In this document: one piece after another, positions 59,737-64,000 of the stretch
How positions within the stretch are numbered: the first letter of the stretch is position 1
Layout: the number at the start of each line of letters is the position of its first letter
Origin: Penicillus capitatus
Lineage: Eukaryota > Plantae > Chlorophyta
Reading direction: 5' to 3'
NCBI GenBank assembly: GCA_965649825.1
Contig: OZ287698.1
Location: 945,949-1,009,948, forward strand
Length of the DNA: 64,000 nt
Translations under genes and position numbers: made by a program
The notes under the pieces: model-generated
The model's input: only the letters and a program-made list of their open reading frames with translations
The model's database searches: none
What the model was told of the DNA's origin: nothing

Positions 59737-61022
59737 TTACTGGTATCGTCTGCGTTCGTTGTGTGCTGCCATTGCTCCTCCTTCATCCCCTTGCCCGTCA
59801 CGGCCGGTAGCTAGAGCTGGATCCAGGCGACTTGAGCTGCGTGGATGTTGTTGGCTCTGTTGATACTTCAGAATCGTCCAGTCAAAGACATAATCCCATT
59901 GATAGCCCTCTCGGACAAAGAGATCTCTAAACAGCTTGCGGATGTAGCTGTAATCTGGTTTATCGTCGAATCTCAATGAACGTGCGTACTGGAAGTACGT
60001 CACGAATTCAAGGGGATACCCTTTGCAGAGGACTTCGGTATGGGTTGACATTTTCTTTTCGCTGATTCTTTCATACTTCTGTTTCTTGGTTGCCGCTTTG
60101 AGGCCTTGCCAGGGAAGACTCCCACGCAAGAAGTACATGAGAACATATCCCAGAGATTCGATATCGTCGCGACGTGACTGCTCGATCCCCAGATGCGTAT
60201 TAATACTCGCATAACGTGCCGTCCCTGTGAGATTCTTGTTTTCTTTGTACGGAATGTGGATGTGCGTTCTCGGATCACGGAACTTCTTGGCTAGACCAAA
60301 ATCGATGATGTGGACCTGATTGGCACGGCGGCCAAGTCCCATCAAGAAATTGTCCGGTTTGATATCCCTATGGATAAAGCTCTTGGCATGGACATACTCA
60401 ATCCGGGAAATCTACAGCACCGCCACTCCTGTATGGTCTCTCCGAACCCATACCATATATCCATCCCTACCAGTTGGTCTGCCAACATCAGGACAGTTTT
60501 GAGCGAGAACTTGCGATTGCAGAAATTGAACAAGTCCTCCAGCGAAGGTCCCAGTAAATCGAGGACCATCACATTATAATCGCCTTCGATGCCAAACCAT
60601 CTCACATTTGGGATTCCGGCTACAGCATCGCAACAGCAAACAGTTATCACTCTTTTCAGAAACAGTCACTCATTCTCACTTCCTCCTTGCAGAATTCGGT
60701 ACAGCTTGGATTCATAAAGCAGCTGCGGGTGCTTCGTTTTCACCGATTCCTACACAGAACACATGTCATACCCTCTTCATGTCCGGAACCGACGTTCGAT
60801 GCTGCGAGACGGCGACCGCCGGACCTACCAACTTGATCGCGACTTCTTCTTGAGTGTGAATGTGCGAACCTAGAAAGCGTACCACCAAGATGTCGTCCCT
60901 CAGTTGACCGTCGCTTCGTTGACTGAGAGGCGAGTGTTACCTAGGTAGATATCTCCGAAGGAACCGCCTCCTATTTTACGCCCAAGGCGATATTTCCCTG
61001 CGATTCTGATGTCCAAAGACAT
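59737..61022 (-). CDS. CK1: Casein kinase 1
   Basis: Motifs [68 protein letters not shown] and SRRDDIES. Confidence 0.97.
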
Positions 61023-61230
61023 GGGAACCGAAAACGCTTCGTGCGATACGCAAAGAGCAACGCGTCACAGACGTCGATGTGTTTTTTATTTTTTTGAGTT
61101 TGACGAGATACAAGAATCGACGAGCGCTCTAAAGGATGGCTCTAAATGCGCTGCACAAGAATCGGACACAGCGAACGCGAACAAACATACAGCGAGGGAG
61201 ACAAAGAGGTCTTATCATACGGTGTTGCTG

Positions 61231-62333
61231 TCACATCGATTGCGCCGATGATGGCGACAGGCTCAAAAGGTTCTCCGTACAAGTCCACAGATCCCGACAC
61301 TGCTCTCGGTCCAAAGAACACGCCAGAGGCCGTACTGCCTGAGTACTGTGAAAAATCCCTGCGTCGAAAACGCGTCGCAGTGGATAGTCGAGAAGCGAGG
61401 CCAACAGACAACGTGACAAGAAGGCGGCGCGTCGAATGCGTCCCATGACGTCATCCCTGTATCCCATGTACTGAGTGACCCATGGCATCGCAAAGAGTCC
61501 ACGGGCGAAAAAAGGACTCTCTTTGGTAGATGGCCATGATTCGATGGCGTGCAAAATCGTCAGAGCGGCGTCTTCGGGTGGGGCATAGCAGGCGTCAATG
61601 CACCAGCGAAAGGGTGGCCGGCCGAAGATCAGACTGTCGAAGATTTTGGTGCGGACGGCGCCGGGGTCGACGCAGCAGCAATCGATGGTCGCGCCATGCC
61701 GTTTCTTGAATTCGTGACTGAACATGACGAGGGCCAGTTTCGAATTTGGATAGTCACCTTGATCGCAGTTCGATAGAAAACGCTCGTGGTCTTGAATGCA
61801 GCCGTCGCGGTGTAACACGGAAGACACGTTGATGACCTTGGCCCGGCGCTTGGCTTTCTCGAGCTGCGGCACCAGCAGACGCGTCAACATGTACGGCACC
61901 ACATAATTCACCTGCTCGACGCCACACTGAGACGTCACATCAAAGGATAGAGGTCAGTCACACTTGGACGACTAAGGGAATGCCGTCTTCTGAAATGACA
62001 TCATCTGATGTGTTCATCCCTGCGTTATTGATGAGAAGAGTGATTGGCTGATCGCCTAAGCTTCTTGCAAACGTGCGAACATTTTCGATCGAACTTGCGT
62101 CCAGCGTGGGTCCAACTTCGACGATTCGATCTGGATAGCCGTCTATGATCTCTTGCTGGACCTCGAAAGCCAAGGAGCGGTTGCGACAGGCCAGGACAAC
62201 ACGATAGCCTTCGCATGCTAGCTTCTTTGCAACTTCCCTGCCGAAAGTGACATCTCTTTAAGAAGCGACTTTCGAGGCGGGGAAGTTACTTTCCGATGCC
62301 AGACGTGGCGCCCGTCACTACAGCTGTCTCCAT
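61231..62333 (-). CDS. Short-chain dehydrogenase/reductase (retinol-dehydrogenase-like)
   Basis: Motifs [28 protein letters not shown] (YxxxK) and VDPGAVRT. Confidence 0.9.
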
Positions 62334-62353
62334 TATTGTCGTACAATTGAACG

Positions 62354-63453
62354 ATGCAGTGGATTGCGGAAACGATTCAAGGGCTCTTCGGTCAGTCCGA
62401 TGACGACACCGACTCGAGTACCTTGCAGACGTCCGGCGTGTTGACGAAAGTCCGTCGACCAGAGGTCTCCCCACAAGACGTGATGTGCGGGTGGTGGCTT
62501 TCAGGAACAAATACTCAGATTTTTCGATGCGGGGCACAAAATGTTTGATGACCCAAGTAGAGTGCCCGAGAAGAGACTTCTGTTGACAGTTGGTGTCTGT
62601 AGTGGTGAAACTGAAGCTCAAAGAAGCAGCCGCTAGGCGACAGGTGTGAGAATACGAGATGACAGGTGTGACCATTGAGGTTCATGCTGGTCAGAATGTG
62701 GATATGGTTATCACCGAGATGCAGAAGCAGATCTTTGAGTCCCAAGGCATCGGTGGCAATTTTGGCGTGGCATTTCTAGCAAAGATCCGCACACTCTATG
62801 CAAATGATGCTGAAATGATACAGCAGCTCATGAAATTCGTGGAGCAGTAATACCTTTATCTTTGCCCCGTCCTGTCCCATCATTTCTTGGTCATTTAGTG
62901 AAGAGCTGTCGTTGGATGAAGCCGAATTGACCATCGACGATTTCTTGAAGAAACTCGAGATTCGAGACTGGGCACTAAAACAGGTGAACATCTCTGCAAA
63001 CGGTGTGCAGATCTTTGTTAGCGATGTGGTGCAGTATGAGACAATGCAACAGCAAATGAAGAACATGACACCTCAGGAGCAGCGTAACTTGATCCTACAA
63101 CAACAGCTAATGATGAAAGAAGTTCAGAAAGAGGTTTTCTGTGCAATGAGCGGCAGCTAAAAGAGCAGTGTACAATCTTGTTGCTGTAGACTCAAATGAT
63201 TGTGAAGAATGCGGAGAGCATGAGTGCAGAGGAGAAGAAGAAGTACATTGATGAGCAAGTGAAGAGCCTACAAGACAGATTTCAGATTATCCCATCAGGT
63301 GGAGGGGGTGGAGGAGCGACTTCATCTCAGTGCGAGCACTGTGATCACGGTCCTGCAAGGATGCCCGCTACGCATGGACCCCCCTTGGGATCGGTAATGA
63401 CTCAAGAAGAGCAGTCCAACTTTTTCAAGGCGCTTTACAATGCTAAACGATAA
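62354..63453 (+). CDS. Uncharacterised helical protein
   Basis: Five GT-AG introns join the ORF pieces into one frame (...VKLKLKEAAARRQ^NVDMVITEMQKQ...EELSLDEAEL...). No family recognised. Confidence 0.7.
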
Positions 63454-64000
63454 AGTGTGGTGCTGTCGATGTCATGTCCTCCTTCCTGTATCTGAGAACT
63501 GGTGCAAAGCTGATCACTGTTCTGTGAGTTCTCTCCATTTTTGTCACAATGAGATGGCGCGATCTGCAAAGTTCGATGGAAGAACAGGGGCGCCGCCCAG
63601 ACAACGGAGCTGTAGAATGTGCTGTTGAATCAGACGACCTCCCCCATAACAAGCGGTAGCTTACAGGTTGCGTCTGACCGATCGGTCCTGCTTAGCAGCT
63701 GGAGCAGTCTAGCGAAGTTCACCAGGTTTTTCTATTTTGTACAAAGGTTCGATGCGCAGCATGCGCGATCTATGTGAGTTTTGCTGCACAGATGCCGATT
63801 TAGCGACAAGTTACTGCGCGAGGACGAAACTGTGACGTAGATGTTCTAGGAAGAAGCACTATAAAAGCCTACACGAGCTTCTCGCTCTTCACTTTCGCAA
63901 GTTTGCTTTCGCTCTTCGCGCTAAAACTGAAAGAGATTCTTTAAATATTCGTTGCGCATCCGAGTCAAGAAGCGACAAACAAGAGAACATTGTTGATAAT

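Overview
This is eukaryotic nuclear DNA, most likely from a green alga. It carries a nuclear petM with a transit peptide, a plastid-type CBM20 protein and an OPR/RAP protein. TAA and TAG act as stops (RPL3 ends TAA, thiolase ends TAG), so the code is standard. The window is very gene-dense, with about 28 intron-containing genes, and most introns are about 45-65 nt. The ORF track therefore shows exon fragments and antisense shadows rather than whole genes. Genes recognised: YIPF, MPP-alpha, Aquarius, thiolase, METTL5, PP2C, RMT2, PetM, RPL3, Pumilio, two PAN/Apple proteins, Rab8, two NT-C2 proteins, Pol I RPA2, CBM20, OPR/RAP, Nudix, HNH, ABHD13, a probable meiotic MTOPVIB, CK1 and an SDR. Two gene-poor islands (about 21.3-32 kb and 46.1-50.5 kb) hold pseudogene fragments, a TG..CA solo-LTR-like insertion, a shared ~700 bp dispersed repeat and a 24-bp minisatellite. 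The most striking signals are: (1) unusually frequent GC-AG introns and degenerate 5' splice sites, (2) a BBS8 pseudogene split by a 639-bp insertion with a 5-bp target-site duplication, next to a purH 3' fragment, and (3) a divergent MTOPVIB. All gene models and family assignments were made by eye from remembered motifs, with no database searches.
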